Assembly (NCBI GenBank): GCA_963778905.1
Contig: CAVZWH010000024.1
Coordinates: forward strand, 12,498 to 76,497
Length of the DNA stretch: 64,000 nucleotides
DNA from: Candidatus Staskawiczbacteria bacterium
Lineage (GTDB): Bacteria > Patescibacteriota > Minisyncoccia > Minisyncoccales > Staskawiczbacteraceae
Direction: 5' to 3'
Shown here: positions 62,796 to 64,000 of the stretch, one piece after another
How positions within the stretch are numbered: position 1 is the first letter of the stretch
How the letters are laid out: each line of letters starts with the position of its first letter
The notes under the pieces: model-generated
The model's input: the letters and a program-made list of their open reading frames with translations, nothing else
Databases searched by the model: none
Told to the model about the DNA's origin: nothing
Program-made: the position numbers and the translations under genes

Positions 62796-63494
62796 ATGAA
62801 TACAACAAATGTTAAGCCGTCGCAATTAAACTACGATAAATACACCTCTGATAAATACGACAAAGACATTGTTAATTCAATCCCATTTCATAGACAAATC
62901 CATAGTTTAATGATTGATTTTGTTAGAGATAATTATAAACCCGAAGAAAAGCAGGAAATTCTTGATTTGGGAGTTGGGACAGCTATCACAAGCCGACTAA
63001 TAAAAGATGTTTTACCAAATGCTAATTTTGACTTGGTTGATTTCTCCCGACAAATGCTAAAAGGTGCAAAGGAAAAAATGGGGTCTGAAAATGCGAATTA
63101 TATTTTTGGAGACTATGCAAAACTGAAATTAAAAAAGAAATACGATATTATTATTTGTGTTATCGGACTACACCACCAAACTCACGCTGGCAAGAAACAA
63201 ATGTTTAAGAAAATATACGGCTTATTGAAACCCAAAGGAGTATTTCTTTTTGCAGACTTAATAACTTACCGAAATGAAAAAGAGGCGGCACTAAATCAAG
63301 CTAAACACTTTAAGCACTTGGCAGATAATACAGAGGACGATAAAACTCTGTCTGAATGGGCTTATCACCATTTATATCTGAACGATTTAGCTCCCATTGA
63401 AGACCAAATAAAATGGCTAAAAGAGGACGGCTTCAGGGTTGATAAAAAGTTTTTGCAATTCAATACAACCCTATTGATTTGTAGAAAAAAGTAA
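62796..63494 (+). CDS. class I SAM-dependent methyltransferase
   Basis: ILDLGVGTAITS (motif I), DLVDFS (motif II acidic), IICVIGLHH. Confidence 0.7.
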   Translation: MNTTNVKPSQLNYDKYTSDKYDKDIVNSIPFHRQIHSLMIDFVRDNYKPEEKQEILDLGVGTAITSRLIKDVLPNANFDLVDFSRQMLKGAKEKMGSENANYIFGDYAKLKLKKKYDIIICVIGLHHQTHAGKKQMFKKIYGLLKPKGVFLFADLITYRNEKEAALNQAKHFKHLADNTEDDKTLSEWAYHHLYLNDLAPIEDQIKWLKEDGFRVDKKFLQFNTTLLICRKK

Positions 63495-63499
63495 GGTAT

Positions 63500-63657
63500 T
63501 TTAACGGACGAACCCTATAAGGCGAAATTAAAAGTTGAGGCGAGAGCGTCTAACTCAACCCTCATAGCCCGCCAGTCAAAAGTTCTAAGTTCGTCTAATA
63601 GAGGGCACAAACACATGCTAAGTCAGGTGACCTGGAGGCATGGCTAAAAAAGCAAAC
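63500..63657 (+). ncRNA. candidate structured RNA (GC-rich, multiple helices incl. possible pseudoknot) ending in intrinsic terminator
   Basis: Helices: ggacgaac(63506-13)/gttcgtct(63589-96); gttgag(63534-39)/ctcaac(63554-59); ccctc(63559-63)/gaggg(63601-05); catgc(63614-18)/gcatg(63638-42) enclosing tcagg-uga-cctgg; no ORF; followed by terminator. Confidence 0.3.
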
Positions 63658-63660
63658 TAA

Positions 63661-63688
63661 AATCGCCATTTTTTTCGGCGATTTTTTG
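63661..63688 (+). terminator. rho-independent terminator
   Basis: atcgcc-attttttc-ggcgat + TTTTTGTT. Confidence 0.7.
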
Positions 63689-63697
63689 TTGCTCGCT

Positions 63698-64000
63698 TTA
63701 TTGCAAGGTTATCTTTTTGTCTTTGAGCGTCAATTGACTTTTAAGATATGAGAGCAGTTCACGTTTTTCGTATATCGTTCCTTCCGCCAATAAATATTTC
63801 GCATAATTCTTAATGTCAATTTCTGCGTTGCGTGAATCCTTTTTATGTCCGAGCACGCCAATCCTGAATTTGTTGAATCTGGCAATCTCTTTTTCTATCG
63901 CACCTTTTACTCCGATACTATCTATATCTATCCGGTCGATTAAATTTATCAGTTCGGCTATTAATCCTTGCTCATTAATCGGTGGATTTTTACAGTCAAT
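63698..64000 (-). CDS. hypothetical protein, C-terminal part (gene continues beyond window end)
   Basis: Open frame on minus strand from window end to TAA at 63698-63700 (…LLSYLKSQLTLKDKKITLQ*); not in ORF track because no in-window start. Confidence 0.35.
   Translation of the reverse strand: MDCKNPPINEQGLIAELINLIDRIDIDSIGVKGAIEKEIARFNKFRIGVLGHKKDSRNAEIDIKNYAKYLLAEGTIYEKRELLSYLKSQLTLKDKKITLQ

Noticed and set aside
63620-63642. SRP-RNA-like motif GUCAGGUGACCUGGAGG
   Set aside because: Only partial resemblance to AGGUCAGGUCCGGAAGGAAGCAGC. There is no GNRA tetraloop or AGCAGC, and no long flanking hairpin as in 4.5S/scRNA. It is retained inside the broader candidate-RNA finding rather than called SRP.

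Overview
This is an AT-rich (roughly 30% GC), gene-dense bacterial window read in the standard code; TGA acts as a stop codon and genes overlap by 1-30 nt. The content looks like a small-genome Patescibacteria/CPR-type Gram-positive-like organism, but that is inference. Left to right, the window holds: the serS 3' end; a peptidoglycan/cell-division cluster (alpha/beta hydrolase, a MurF-like Mur ligase with an unusual N-terminal membrane domain, a DegT aminotransferase, FemAB, FtsQ); a CAP-domain protein and a sortase next to a 1099-aa cysteine-rich repeat surface protein carrying perfect 426-bp tandem repeats; dnaB and a frameshifted recR; an anomalous GC-rich island; cysS; a CDP-alcohol phosphatidyltransferase; dnaX; a CapA-like protein; tRNA-Gln; a PAP2 protein; a thioredoxin/FTR-like fusion; an LtaS-family protein; a second DUF11 surface protein sharing a non-LPXTG C-terminal sorting signal; a GC-rich structured intergenic element; a UvrD-type helicase/nuclease; cfa; a flavinylation module (FMN-binding protein, ApbE, NqrB/RnfD-like membrane domain fused to an FNR-like reductase); an ECF sigma factor with a MacAB-type efflux operon; a MarR/HlyD/MFS efflux cluster; msrAB; a tRNA-like gene; and a grpE ... 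dnaK-dnaJ locus interrupted by three extra genes. Immediately after tRNA-Lys(TTT) lies an integrative island on the minus strand: a large serine recombinase overlapping the tRNA antisense, a Type III restriction-modification pair (mod/res) translationally coupled to that recombinase, an excisionase-like HTH, a tyrosine integrase and several unknown proteins. The window ends with a cysteine-desulfurase-like enzyme, a SAM methyltransferase and a candidate structured RNA with its own terminator. No CRISPR array or rRNA gene is present.
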